A stretch of DNA of 64,000 nt, taken from Isurus oxyrinchus. Its lineage: Eukaryota. This document shows, in pieces, positions 21,813-35,049 of this stretch. Position numbers and translations under genes: made by a program. Each line of letters opens with the position of its first letter. Positions within the stretch are counted from its first letter, which is position 1. Under the pieces are notes generated by a model. That model did no database searches and had not been told where the DNA came from. It saw only the letters and a program-made list of their open reading frames with translations. The DNA is taken from NCBI GenBank assembly GCA_026770705.1, contig JANJGN010000026.1, forward strand, positions 39,060,001 through 39,124,000, given 5' to 3'.

Positions 21813-21845
21813 ATTTAAATACCCGGCAGGAGGGGGCGGGATTCC
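21813..21845 (-). promoter_or_regulatory. VH promoter: TATA-like TATTTAAAT and GC box
   Basis: TATTTAAAT at 21821-21813, ~90-100 nt upstream of the ATG; gggggcggg at 21832-21840; no ATGCAAAT octamer nearby. Confidence 0.7.
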
Positions 21846-23624
21846 AGGCGCCGCCTGTTGATTCCCTGGTGGAGGCGGCGACTGGATCCACGCCCCATCT
21901 TCCACATCCCCAACAGAATGGACTCAGATATTTACAATAGGTTATTGTTCAAAGTGGACATTTTATCTGTATCGGGATATTTGGCTGAATGGATTTATTG
22001 TAATGTCTCCATTGGTTCTAATGGTGAAATTGCAGTTGAGCATCTGTTAATAAAAATCAAATTCCATTGTAAATTAAGTCCATTTATTTCTACACTACTT
22101 CCCAAGGGTTTGAATCTAAAAAAAATACATTATCAGGGAATAAAGGTCAGTCTGTTTTGCAGCAACCCGGGTCTATATCTCACTACAATAATTAAGTGTC
22201 ATCAGTCGCAGGAATTATTATTGATTTATGTAACTAAGTGCAGACGATGAGCAAAGTGATTCTGTTTACAGCCAGGGTGGCTATCGCTCTACAATTTGGG
22301 TCCGGAGATAAGAAGAATCTCCTCACATTATACAATGCATCTCCTTGCATTTCTCGATCTGCCCCTGACCCGAAGACAGCCCTGTGAAAATTAGCGATAA
22401 AAGAAGCCCGCCCGCCTGATAATTCAACAGTAAGTTTATAGAGAAATGTAAAATTTACATCAACTTTTGACAAAGAAGTTAATGAATCAGAACAGACACG
22501 GAGATCAGTAAAGTTATCCTTCAGCATCCAAATCATTGCAGCTAATTTTATTGGCCTCCCGCTGTCTACCATTCACTGGTATTGGGAACACAGGATATCA
22601 GGACTTTGCGGCATATTACACAATATCACAAGAATAAATGTTTTATCTTCCACTGAAGCGGGTCATGAACTGGTCATTTCTCCACTCATTGGCAGCTATG
22701 AGAGGGACTGTTAAATAATCGAAATCAGCACAAATTAAACTGTACAGTTCACGGTGCTAATGAGGTATAAGGGACCCCACAGGCTAAATGAGGTGCACAA
22801 CTGGGAGAATACTCAAGGAATTCCTGCAGGTTCAATACAATTTTATGGTTTTCTTTTAATTTAATTTCTTTTATTTTTTTTTCCATTCTACTCAGCTCAT
22901 TAGACTGGGACATTGGGACCATCAACATCGCTCTCTCACACTCCATGAAGTTCTTAATAACTGGAATGCCCTTTATTAGAAATAATATAACTTAATATGT
23001 GGTGAATTTAATATTTTCTGATCGAGTTTAATCTCAGAGTGAACACGGCATTCATTCAAATATTTCCTTAGATGAAATACCATTTAAAATGTGTCTTTCG
23101 TGTGCCACAGAAACATTTATTGTTTGAATGGCAAAAAGCATTTTGTTCATTCATATCCAGACTAATCCGCCCCACACAGTATTTGGCAGCAAGCCAGCCA
23201 GCTGCAGTCAGGGAGGCTCGAATGTCCAATGTTATTTACAGGAAGCATCTGGGGGGTTTGTGCAGTTAATCAAGGATCTGTTTCTTCAGAACTGGCCGCT
23301 TGGCTGCAAGCCAACTTCAAACCCTTAACATTGTCAAGTAGGCCTATTTATAAACAAATCAACCCAGCAACAACACTGGAGTCAGTTTTATTTTTTAAGT
23401 TGTGAACCTATGTGAACTATTCCCATCTCTCAGAAAAGAAAAGTTATTTAGCTTCTCTGACACTGTTTGCAACAATAGCTCATCGGAGGATCTCTCCAAC
23501 ACATCTTAAAATTCTGATGGATGGATGGAAAGAATTACAGACAGACTATTAGAGAGGACTCAGAGAGAGGATACAATTTGTAACAGTCAAACATATACAT
23601 TTGTGTGATTTTTTTGCCCCTTTA

Positions 23625-23945
23625 CTCTTTCACGGGATGTGGGAGTCACTGGCAAGGCCAGCATTTGTTGCCTGTCCCTAACTGCCTTTGAACTGAGTGC
23701 CTTGCTCGGCCATTTCAGAGGGCAGTTAGAGTCCATCATGTTGCTGCGGATCTGGAGCCACATGTAGGCCAGACTAGGTACAGTGGCAGATTTCCTTTTC
23801 TGAAGGACATTAGTGAATCAGATGAGTTTTTTTTTCTACAATCGATGGTAGTTTCCCGGTTTCCTTCACTGGATCAGCTTTCAATCCCAGATTTATTATT
23901 GAATTTAAATTCCATCAGCTGCCATGGTGGGATTTGAATTCGTGT
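23625..23945 (-). mobile_element. tRNA-derived SINE (same family as 590-905)
   Basis: Reverse of the head (gccatggtgggatttgaa) and tail (gggatgtggg...ctggc..ggccagcattt). Confidence 0.8.
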
Positions 23946-24769
23946 CTTTGTTACTTATCCAGTGACATGAATACAACACAACCGTCTGCCAAAGAACGGA
24001 GGGATGACTGCAGTGATGCAGGAATGAATGGTAGTTGGATGTCTGAATATTTTGATTAAGGAATCAATGAATGGGTTGACCGATGTATCGATCGACGCGC
24101 CTGAAAAACGCTGTTCTACCTTCCTATATTGGTGCATGATGACTTTATATCTTGAAGCAGGTTCAGTATTTCATTTGTGTTAGTCTAATACCTTCAGTCC
24201 CTCCAGATTTTCTGGACGTATTCCATCCCCAGCCTAACGAGCTGAACGTCACAAGAGAAGGCTGGAGATGTTCCTGCGGTACTGATGATTCTTCCCTTCT
24301 GATGGTGAATCATCATCTTTCAGACAGAAATCGGGTACATAATTCAGTTTAGGATGGAGGATTGTAATATTTGAAATATGTGGTCCTTGCAACAAAACAT
24401 TCAACACATCCTCACCCAAATTAGTGAAGGTAACAGACATTACTCACTGGAGAGCCGCATTAACTTACAGTCAGGTCCAGGTAGTTTTATTTAGACCACC
24501 ACTTTACAAACCCTCACACACTCCAGTTATACATCAGGAGTTTCTGTGTGATGATGAGGAGATTACTTGTCAATAAAGCACAGAGGCTGCTGGGTAGCTG
24601 CTCATTACCCTCAGTCTGATTTAATTCCATTTCCCGCTGAATTCTGGGACAGATATTTTCCTTTACTGACAGAATGGTCAATGTGATCTCAATCAATGTT
24701 AATGATATTAAATGGATCGCAATTACATTTTGTATGGAATAAAATGCTGAAAATGATTGGATCATGCAA

Positions 24770-25020
24770 TTATTAATCTTTGTGAATGGATGATAATTTC
24801 TGAACATAATTATTTGTATTGTGAATTGATGGTAATTGGTGAATATAATTATTTATCTTTGTGGGTTGATGATAATTGGTGAATATAATCATTTATCTTT
24901 GTGAATTGATGATAGTTGGTGAATATCATTATTTATCTTTGTGAATTGATGATAATTCTTGAATAAAATTATTTACCTTCATGAATTGATTATGGTTGAT
25001 GTTGATAATTATTTATCTTT
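24770..25020. repeat. 40-bp AT-rich minisatellite, ~6 copies
   Basis: gtgaattgat-type anchors at 24782, 24821, 24861, 24901, 24941, 24981. Confidence 0.9.
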
Positions 25021-25059
25021 CTCCACCTTTACGACCTTCTTCTTCTCTGCTGAAAGATA

Positions 25060-26600
25060 AGATCCGTTCCACAGGAGGTGAATGATGCAAAAATCACCAC
25101 ACTATCTGAAAACAAAGCCGACAGTTGCGACTGCAACAACTACAGGGACATCTCATTCATAGAGTCACGGAGAAGTCCATCTCTTGGGTCATGCTTTAAA
25201 GACCTCATCTGGTTGCAGGCTGAAGCACAGTGTGATGTTTATGTCAGACGATATACTCTGATCATGATTTGCTCCATACGCTCGACACCGTCAGCAGAAC
25301 ATGACTCTCGAAGATTTTTGGGAAAATTGGCTCTTCACCAAAGCTCTCTCTCATCCACCCCTTCCATGACAACATGCACTGCACTGTCCAGATTGATGAT
25401 TCCATTTCTGACAGATTCGGAGTGAAGAATGGAGTGAAACAGGCCTGTGTCCAACCCCCACTCTGTTGGGCACCTTCTCCATGCAGCTGATCTTTGTCTT
25501 CCCTGTCGATATGGAAGGAGTCGACTTACACTCGATCAGACCGCAAGCTCCACAATCTATAAGACAGAAAGCGAAGACATAAACACATTGAATCTTGATC
25601 AGAGAATTCCTCCACGCTGATAACTCTGTCATCAAAACGAAAACTTATCCACAAAGACTGATGGACTGTCTCTCCCATGCCTGTAACTTGTTCTCCCTGA
25701 CTATAAGCATGGAGAAAACCCTGGTCATGGGACAAGGTGTTGTATTTCCGCCATTGATCACACTAAATAACAAACGGATGGAAGTAAGTTCAGTTCCCTG
25801 GGTTCCAAGGTGACAGGCAGCCTGTTCCATGATGAAGAACTTGATACCCACATGGGGAAAGCAGCTGCCACCTTGCCTGACTCATGAAACGCCCGTGGAA
25901 TAATATCAAACTGACCTTAGGACCAAGCTGATGGTTTATAAGGCCTGTGTTCTCAGCACCTTGTTGAATGGCTGTGAAACATGGGCGACTGACAGCTATC
26001 AAGTAAAGAAGCTCCACAATTTCCATCTTCAAAACCTGCTGCGCATTATGGGTACGTACTAGTAGGATAAAGTCACGAATGCAGTGATACTCTCAAAGGC
26101 AGAGCTCCTAAGGCTGAAGAACTCATCAAACAGAAGCGGTTTTTGTGGTTTGGGAACGTTCGTAGGATGGAAGATGGTCACAGACACAAGGATTTTCTGT
26201 TTGGTGAGGGAGCTGGAAGCAGGCAACCAGTGGGATGCCCAAAGCTCTGCTTCAAGGTTGCTTGAAGTGAAGGCCCTAAATATCGATTATCACGACTGAG
26301 TGTAACTAACTGACAACTGAGGAAAATGGCGACTCCTCCTGTGGGTTGGCGTGAATCACCACGATGACCAGCGGCTAAAGCGGCTTGGAAGTCAAGGCCA
26401 ACACCGGGAGAAAAAAAATCAAGCCACTAACACAGAGAGAAAAAAAATCAAGCCACAACGACATTTTGTAGCTTCATGTGTAGCACTTGTGGCAGAGCCT
26501 GCCTCACAACAATTGGCCTCCTTAGCAATCAGCACATCTGAAATGAGTTTGTTTCCATTGTGTGTCTGTGACCTTTCTTAGATGGAAGGTTGTCCAGGAA
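25060..26600 (+). mobile_element. RTE-clade LINE, degraded
   Basis: DAKITTL..NK.D..DCNNYRDIS, EAQC, GVKQ.C..PTL, EFLHADN (YADD region), LTISMEKTLVM, YKACVLSTLL.GCETW. Confidence 0.85.
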
Positions 26601-27469
26601 CTTTGTGAATTTCAGTTGCAAACAATGTGATTTGCTTCTTGCTCTTTCTCTCCCTCCCTATCTCCCTCACATATACAGAGACCAAAATGGCACCTTGTGC
26701 TTCAACTTAAGATGCCACGTTGACTTCCTGGGAGGCTTCATAGGCCTTAACTATTGAAGAAAATGACCCTAACTGTCCATCAAGTGGTATCATGAACCAA
26801 TAAACTTTTCCCAACACTATGTTTGTTGAGGTGGATATTAAAGTTCCCGCCATCTCTATACAGCGCCCTGGTCAACATCCTTCCCTTTAATCAAGATGAA
26901 CAAAGTTACATCACCAGGAATTGGGCCACTTTACTCTGGTGCTGACTTTAACTTGCGCTAATCAACCACGTTCATCTGCAATTAGTTGAACATTGTTAAA
27001 TTTTGACACCTCCCGCAGAAAGCGATGTGGTGTGACACCTGGGGAAGCGGATTCTTGATACAATGTCAAAGATAGAACCTGACAGCGACATTTTCACAGT
27101 AGCTGCAATTGCAAATTTTGGCCAGCAGATGGATGTGACATCTTAATGGACACATTCTATGAAACAGGCATTGTCTCAGTTAATACTGCACTGGACTTTG
27201 TCTCTCTCTTTTTAAATTGGACTCCATCTATTTTTATGTTAGACCAAACACTGTCTCTCTTTATATTTCAATGTACCCTGTTTCAAATAATACTGCACCA
27301 GTCAATACCAATATTTATATCACACAGTCTGGAGGTTCCCAATTCAAACCGATTGGATTTACCTCTGCAGTCCTGTCACATCCAATTGTAAATGGTGGTG
27401 GACAAGTAAACAAATAACTGGAGAATGGGACTCCACAAAGCTGTGGGTCTGGAGTTATATGTATGGGAA

Positions 27470-27700
27470 GTGGTGATGTGCTGGTATTCTCACTGGATGT
27501 GTAAATCGCTGGGGGTCTGTGTTTGAATCCCACCATGGCAGATGGTGAAATTTGAATTGAAAAATCTAATGATGATCATGAAACCATTGTTGTAAAGACC
27601 CAACCTAACAAGCTACATTGTTCTCAAGGGGGCAATTAGGAATGGGCAATAAATGCTGGCCTAGCCAGCGCCGCCCCCATTCTCATGAAGGGACGAACAA
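27470..27700 (+). mobile_element. tRNA-derived SINE, internally deleted
   Basis: gtttgaatcccaccatggcagatggtg...gggcaattaggaatgggcaataaatgctggcctagccagcg. Confidence 0.75.
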
Positions 27701-27945
27701 AATGTAGGCCAGACTGGGTAAGGACGGCAGGCTTCCTTCCCTAAAGGACATCGGTGAACCAGGTGGATGTTTAATATAATCGAATATAGTTTCATGGTCA
27801 CCATTATTGAGATGAGCTTTCATTTCCAGATTTATTAATTGAATTTGGATTCCACATGCTGCCATAACGGGATTCAAACCCCTATTCCCAGGGAAAAGGC
27901 CTGGATCTCTGGGTTACTGATTCAGTGACGTTCCCACTGCACGAT
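27700..27945 (-). mobile_element. tRNA-derived SINE, 5' half
   Basis: Reverse of the SINE body (ccagactgggtaaggacggcag...ccctaaaggacat...gggattcaaacc). Confidence 0.7.
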
Positions 27946-28209
27946 CGTCCCTCCCATGTTATACAGGATCCTGGTTCCATTATTAATTCCCTGGGAACTA
28001 TTTTATTTCTATTGTGCTGGGTCAGGCCTCTGTCTGCATTAAAATAGACCCTATCTCATTAATGTTCCACTGGAAGCCATCTCAGTTTGTATTGCACCGG
28101 ATTCTTTCTCTGTTTATATTACACTAGGCCCTGTCTCTGTTTATGTTATATTAAATCTTGACTATGTCTACATTATAGTGGTCATTGTAACTATGACACT
28201 AGGCTATGT

Positions 28210-28345
28210 TTCTGAAGAAGAGTCAATGGACTCGAAGCATTAGCTCTGTTTCTCTCTCCACAGATGCTGTCCAACCTGCTGAGTTTGTCCAGCATTTTCT
28301 GTCTTTATTTCAGATTTCCAGCATTTGCAGCATTTTGCTTTTATC
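28210..28345 (+). mobile_element. Penelope-like terminal-repeat fragment
   Basis: ctgaagaagagtca..gactcgaa...ccacagatgctg...cagatttccagcatttgcagcattttgctttt. Confidence 0.65.
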
Positions 28346-28559
28346 TATGTCTCTGTTTAAATTAGAGCTGCATTACTCCATGTTTCTGTGAGATGGGGAG
28401 ATATTATAAATAATGAAGTTAGGCTAGAAATCGGTATCTGGTAGTAGCCTGAAAGGACGGTATCGGATCGGCCGCATATGCTACGCAGCACTTGATATTC
28501 ATTTTCAGTGCAGTCAGCAGAATTAGATTTCAGATATCCCTTCTGTTCCGGCGCCAAAG

Positions 28560-31020
28560 GCCAATTCCCTACCCATGGAGTGGTATGTGTAGGAGGATAC
28601 AGGGCATTATGTTCCCATGTGCTTGTTGCCCTTGTTATTTTGGGAGGTGGAGGTCACAGGTATGGAAGGTGTTGTTGAAGGGGCCTTGGCGAGTTGCTGC
28701 AGTGCATCTTGTGGATGGTACACTCTGCAGCCACTGTGTATCAGTGGTGATGGGAATGAATGTTTAACTCTTGGATGAGGAGCCTATCAAGGGGTTGATT
28801 TCCCCTGGTTGGTGTGGAGGTTCTTGAGTGTTGCTGCAGTTACATTTGTCAAGGAAAGTAAACAATTTCCAACAGGCATCTGACTTGCAGATTTGCAGAT
28901 GGTGGAAAGGCTTCAGGGAATCCGGAGGTGAGTCATTCGCCACAGCATTCCCAGCCTCTGACCTACTCTTGTAGCCACAGTATTTATATGGCTGGTCCAG
29001 TTCAGTTTCTGTTCAATGGCACCTGCACAACGTTGATGGTGGGTTTCAACGACGGTAATGTCTTTTGAACGTCAAGGGGAGATGTTTGGTTTCTTTATTG
29101 TTGGAGTTGGCCATTGCCTGGCACTTGTGTGCCGCTTATATCACTTGCAATTTATCAGCGCAAACTTGTCCAGTTTGAGATGCAATAAGTAAGGACGGTT
29201 TCATTATCTGAGAGGTCATAAATGGAACTGAACACTGTACAAATATGAGCGGACATCCCCACTCCTGACCCGGTGATGAAGGGAAGCTGCTGAAGATGGT
29301 TGGACCAAGGACACTTCTCTGAGAGACTCCTGGAACGATGGCCTGGTGCTGAGATGCTTGGTCTCCAACAACACAACATCTTCATATTTGCTAGGTGTGA
29401 CTCCAGCCAGTGGAGAGACCTGCCCCTGATTGCCATTGACCTGACACTTTCCAAGGCTTCCTGATGCCACACTCAGTCAATAGCTACTTTGACATCAAGT
29501 ACTGAAGCACTCATACATCATGTCTGGAAGTTCGCTCTCTTGTCCATGTTCAGACCAAGTTTACAAAGAGCTTTGATGCTGGCTGATCCTGGTGGATCCA
29601 GTCTGAACTTCGGCGACACCTTCACTCACTTTACTAACGGTTGAGAGTAGACTGATTGAGCTGCAAAGGGATGGACCTGATCTGTTGTCCATTATGTACA
29701 GCATTCTGGCTTCATGTGATGGTTCATCATTTTCAAGTATGCCTGGTCTTGCTTCTGACCTGCTGGCCTACATTCCTCATTGTTCTCAGGCAGGCGGTTA
29801 GACTCATAGACGTTTACAGCACAGATGGAGGTCATTCGGCCCATCGTTTCTGCCCCAGTAAACAAAGATCTGAGTACACTAATCCCATTTTCCTGTGCTT
29901 GACCCGTAGCCCTGGAGGCTATGGCAGCTTAAGTGAACATTTAAATCCTTCTTAAATGTTACTAGAGTTTCTGACTCAACCACCCTTTCAGGCAGTGAGT
30001 TCCAAATTCCTACCACCCTCTGGGTGAAAAAGATTCTCTTCAACTCCCCTCTTAGCCTTCTACCTCTTATCCAAAATCTCTGCTCTCTGGTTTTTGATCC
30101 CTCTACTAATGGAAAAGGTGCATTCCTATCCACCCTATCTATGCTCCTCAGCATCCCCTCAACCATCGTTGCTACAAGGAAAACAGCCCCAGCTTATCTA
30201 ATCTTTCCTCATAGCTCAGACACTCCAGTCTAGACAGCATCCTGGTAAATCTCCTCTGCACTCTCTCCAATGCAGTCACATACTTCCTAGACATGTGGTG
30301 ACCAGAACTGCACGTAGTGCTCCAGTTGTGGCCTAACCAAAGTTTTACACAGTTCCAGCATAACCTCTCTGCTGTTGTATTTTATGCCTCAGCCAATAAA
30401 TGCAAGTAACCATATGTCTTCTTAACCACCTCATCTAACTGCTCTGCTACCTTCAGGAACCTGTGGATAGGCACACTAAGATTTGAGCGAGGGATATTCT
30501 GGTCCATGAGATTACACGGTGTGATTGAATACAACTATCCTGCTGTAAATGACCAACAGTATCTCGTTGATGCTAAGTTTTGAGCTGGTAGATCTGTTCT
30601 GAATGTATCCCGTTTAGCACAGCGGCAGTGCCGCACAACACAATGGAGAATGTGCTCAGTGTGAATGCCGGCCTTGGTTTCCACAAGGACAGTGCAGGGG
30701 TCAATCACATCGATGTCAATAGTGTGGTGGGCCGGAGATCAGGTAAGGGTTTCCCTCGTGCTGGCTTTCTCACCATTTGTGGGAGGTCCATTCTGCTAGA
30801 TACGCCATTCAGGACTCATCCAGCTCCAGCATTCGTGGTCTTGTCAAATAGTAATTGATTTTGCAAATTCACAGCATATTCGTTGCCCTTGCTACCCTCA
30901 GTGTTTCTTCCACGCAGTGCTAAAGATGAAGGAGCACAGATTCATCAGCTGAGGGAGGGCAATAGGTGGTAATCACCAGGAGGTATCTCCACCCAGATCT
31001 TATCTGGTTCTGTGGGACTT
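28560..31020 (-). mobile_element. Old LINE relic interrupted by a younger CR1 fragment
   Basis: LDVK.A.D.VWHQ.AL...IRG..LHWLESHL RT motifs at 29150-29500; homologous to 16050-16640; appears to continue at 30490-31020. Confidence 0.65.
29800..30480 (-). mobile_element. CR1 LINE 3' fragment
   Basis: FFTQRVVGIWNSLPERVVE, the CR1 ORF2 C-terminus. Confidence 0.9.
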
Positions 31021-31029
31021 CAGGGCATC

Positions 31030-31290
31030 TGGTGTCAATATTGCTGCACTCCACCGTGTCTCTGTTCATATTACACTGGACCTGTCTCATTGTCACTGCT
31101 CTAGTCCGTGTTTCTGCTTCTGTAACACGGGACCCTGTCCCAGTTATTGTTGCTCTCCACCATGTCTCTGTTCATATTTTACTGGGCCTGCCTCATTGTT
31201 ACTGTTCTAGTCCATGTTTATGTTTCTGTAACATTAGGTCCTGTCTCAGTTATTTATGTAATTATCCTCTGTTTATATTACATTAGTATA
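31030..31290 (+). repeat. Degenerate 27-bp satellite
   Basis: ctgtctctgttcatattacactggac-type units. Confidence 0.65.
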
Positions 31291-31509
31291 TTCCCTTACT
31301 TCATTGCACAAGACTCTGGAAGTAGGAGTTAAATTGTTTAATTTAAACAGCTGCAAGATAAGAGAGGTCTGTGGATCATGAACAAAAATCTGGGATGCAG
31401 GGAGGACAACTTATAACATCTAAATAGGCACCTATGGTAATTGTTCCCACCATCTTGCTGCCTTATCTTCACTATTTCCACCCCAGACAATTTCCCCATT
31501 ATTGCACGT

Positions 31510-32310
31510 GTGCAGTGCTGTAATAACTGAGGCAGGGTCTAATGTAATTTAAATATAGGTATGATCTTGCACAGAACTGAGACAGTGTCTACTGAAATAC
31601 AGAGAGAGTTCTAGATTAATATACACAGAGACATGTCAATTATAATATAAACAGAGACAGGGCCTTGTTTAATAGAAGCAAAGGCAGGGTCTAGAGTAAT
31701 ATAAACAGAAACAGGGCTGAGTGTAATATAAATAGAGACAGGGTCTAGTGTATTATAAACATACAGGGCCCAGTTTAATATAATCAGGGGCAGAGCCTAA
31801 TGCAATATAAACAGAGACAGTGTCTAGTGCAAAATAAACAGAGTCATGTCGAGTGTAATATAAACAGCGACATATCAAGTGTAATACAGACAGGGGCAGA
31901 GTCTAGTATAATATAAACAGAGATAAGGTCTAATATAATGTAAACTGAGACAGGGATCAGTGTAACATAAACAGAAATAGGGTCTTGTGTAATATAAACT
32001 GGGACAGGGCCTAGTGCAATATAAACAGAGACTATGTCTCATGCAATATAAACAGAGGCATGTCGCATATAAAAAAAAGAGACATGTTGAGTGTCATATA
32101 AACAGGGACAGGGCCTAGTGCAATATAAACAAGAGACACCGTCTAATGCAATATAAACAGAGACATGTCGAGTGTAATATAAACAGGGGCAGGGCCTAGT
32201 GTAATACAAACAGAGGCAGGGTCGACTGTAATATAAACAGAGACAGGGTCTGGCCTGTGTAATATAAACAGGGACAGGGTCCCAGTCGAAAGCAGTATCG
32301 AGACAGGGTC
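31510..32310 (-). repeat. 27-bp satellite array (inverted relative to the main array)
   Basis: Unit agtgtaatataaacagagacagggtct repeated ~28 times. Confidence 0.9.
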
Positions 32311-33310
32311 TACTGTCCCATCAAACACTCCCAGGACAGGTGCAGCATGGGGCTAGGCACAGAATTTAAAGTTACCTCTACATTGTCACATTGAACACTC
32401 CCAGGGAAGATGCAGCACAGGTTAGAAAGAGAGAAACTCCGTCGCCACTATCACCATGAAACAGTCCCAGGGCAGGTACAGCATGGGTTAGATATGGTTA
32501 GACACGGTCTAGTGTAATGCAGAGACAAAGCCCACTGCTCCATCAAACAGCGGCAGGTATAGCATCAGGCTACATTAATAATGTAAAGTTCACTCTACAT
32601 TGCCACATGAAAATCTCCCAAGGCAAGCAAAACACGGGTTAGATTCAGAGTGAATCTCACTCTACACTGTCGCCATCAAACATTCCCAGGGCAGGTACAA
32701 CACCGTTCAGATACAGGGTAAAACTTCCTCTACATTGTCCGCTCAAACACAGTCAAGGCATGTAGGGTGAGGGTTCTATGCCGTGTAAGGTTTCCTCTGC
32801 ACTCTTCATCAGGCATTTCCCAGGAAGCTCGACACTGGGGGCAGGTAAAGAGGAAAGCTGCCTCTGCACCGTCACATCAGGCATTCCCATGGCATAGATA
32901 GGGGCAAATCCCCCTCTACAGTGTCTACATGTCAAATACAGTGTGGTTTAGATGCAGAGTAAAGCTCCCTCTAAATTGCAATATCAACTACTCCCAGGTC
33001 AGGTATAGCACAGTTTAGATACAGAGTAAATCTCGCTTCACACAATCATATCAAACACTCCCAGGGCAGTCACACTGCAGGTTAGGTGCAAAGTAAAGCT
33101 CCCTGTACACTGTTCCATCAGACACTCCAAAGGCAGGAACAGCACGTGTTAGATACAGGGAAAGGTCCTTCGGCACGGCCAAATCAAATCTTCGCTACTG
33201 GCTACAACACAGGTTAGATACAGAGTAAAGTTTCATCTGCAGTTTCCCACCAAGCACTCTCAGGTCATTGAATGCTCAAAACAGATTTAGAATAAAGTTC
33301 CCTCTACGGA
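32310..33310 (+). repeat. ~67-bp tandem repeat, ~14 copies
   Basis: ctgtcccatcaaacactcccagg-caggtacagcac-ggttagatacagagtaaagctccctctaca. Confidence 0.9.
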
Positions 33311-34142
33311 TTCTAATCCATTTCATTTGATTCATTTAGTTTGAAGTGTATGAATCGGGCTGAGAGAATACATTGGCGAGACATTGACTTCATGTTGTGG
33401 AGTAAAGACAGTGACCCATGGTGGAGAGACAAGACAAAGAACCAGAGAGGAGAAAGAGAGAGAAAGAGAGAATGCAGGAAATCTCTACAAACACATTTGC
33501 CGTGCCATTATATTACATGATAAGTGGGAATCTTTCTTAATTGTGAACATAGATATCATCGTAACATAATTCTCATATAACTGATATAAAAAATGCCCAA
33601 AAAACAATTGCTACTGAAATCTGTTGATGTATTTGCATGTTTGACTCTAATTCTGTGCTGTGTTGATGGGGAAATATTTGCTGCGTTTTTGTGTCCCCAG
33701 AATCTAATCTGGGACTTCTATTTGTGTTTATTTACATAAACGCCTCACTGGTTTCAATGAAGTGTTCATGGCAGCAAAACCAGATAAACACCGACACTTA
33801 TTGATTGGTTTCAACTCAAAACAAGGGCTTATTTTAAGAATATTGACAGTTGGTACAAAATTAATTGAAACATTTTCAATATCCATTAGAACAGATGTTA
33901 TTTATTTCAAATAATTAAAATAAATTTAAATTAATAATTCAGTTCTGAAAGTTCTACTGTCACAATCAATGATGAATATTTGAACAGGCTGGGATTACAC
34001 TGAATGTCAATTTGTTGGAAGATTTAACCGATTTAAACCGGACCAATTTAAAACAGCAGTCAGAGGAGCGACCTATAATCATATTAATCTCAGAGTTTTC
34101 AACATGTCACAACTAGCATTTTAAAATGCTAACATTTAGGAA

Positions 34143-34420
34143 GAATTTGCATTTATAGAATGCTGCTTATGCCCCAGGACGTCCTAAAGCCCTTGAAATT
34201 TGTTAATGTACATTTGTTGAAGTTTCATCATTGCTGTAATGTTAGAAATACATCCAGTGAGTTGTACACAGCAAGCTCCCATGAACAGAGCTGTGAAAAA
34301 TGACGAGATAATATGTGATTTTAGTTGAAGAATGAATATTGGTGAAGGATAGTGGGGAGAACAGTCCTGCTCTATAGATTGGTACCAAGGGAGATTTTTC
34401 ACCTGCCATAGGCCTGAAAG
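34143..34420 (-). mobile_element. Deu-domain SINE (SacSINE1/AmnSINE1-like)
   Basis: ttgcatttata...ctgtaatgt.agaaa...cacagcaagctccc...gggagaac...ttttcacctg, the reverse of the Deu domain as recalled. Confidence 0.65.
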
Positions 34421-35049
34421 CCTGACCTGTTTCTCTCTATATTGATGCCCACTGACCTGCTGAGTGGTTATTTTTGCTCTGTTTTCAATTTCCAGAACGC
34501 GCAGTACTTTGCAGCATTTTAATTCGTTCTTGGGATATGAGCATTCATGATGAAGTAATTCTTGCACATGGCCCTGTCTGAGTTTATTCTAGTCCAGACC
34601 ATATATCAGGAATCACTGCACTGGCCCCTGTCTCAGTTTCTATTAATCGAGACCCTGTATTAGTAAAGGCTGCACTGGATATTGAGTTTAAATTGATCAG
34701 AATCATGTATCAGGAAACACTGCACTGGACACTGTCTCAGTTTTTATTAATCCAGACCCTATATTAGTAATGACTGCACTAGGCCCTGATTCAACTTATA
34801 TTAGTCTAGACCCTCTATCAGTAATCATTGTAAAGGACACTGTTTCAGTTTATATTGATCCTGATCTTGTATCATTAATCATGCACTAGCCCCTGTCCTA
34901 GTTTACAATAATGGAGTCCCTGAGTCAGCAATCACTGCAATAGGCCCTGTCACAGTTTTTATTAATCTGGATCCTCTGTCAGTAATCACTGCACCAGACG
35001 CTGTCTCAATTGACATTGATCTAGACCTGTATCAGTAATCAGTTTATAC

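Larger units (their letters stand above)
1430..21830 (-). other. IGHM: Complete germline (rearranging-type) IgM heavy-chain cluster, L-V-D1-D2-J-Cmu1-4-sec-TM1-TM2, elasmobranch minilocus organisation
   Basis: One V, two D and one J within ~1.8 kb with 12/23-compatible RSSs, followed by four Ig C1-set exons, a secretory tail and two TM exons; the J and C exons join in phase 1. Confidence 0.97.

Noticed and set aside
22234-22572. 112-aa ORF upstream of the VH promoter
   Set aside because: No recognisable domain or convincing splice context; its length is within chance expectation.
33631-34152. Two perfect octamers ATTTGCAT (33631, 34145)
   Set aside because: They are 12 kb from the V; the second is part of a SINE tail, and the first has no adjacent leader or V exon.
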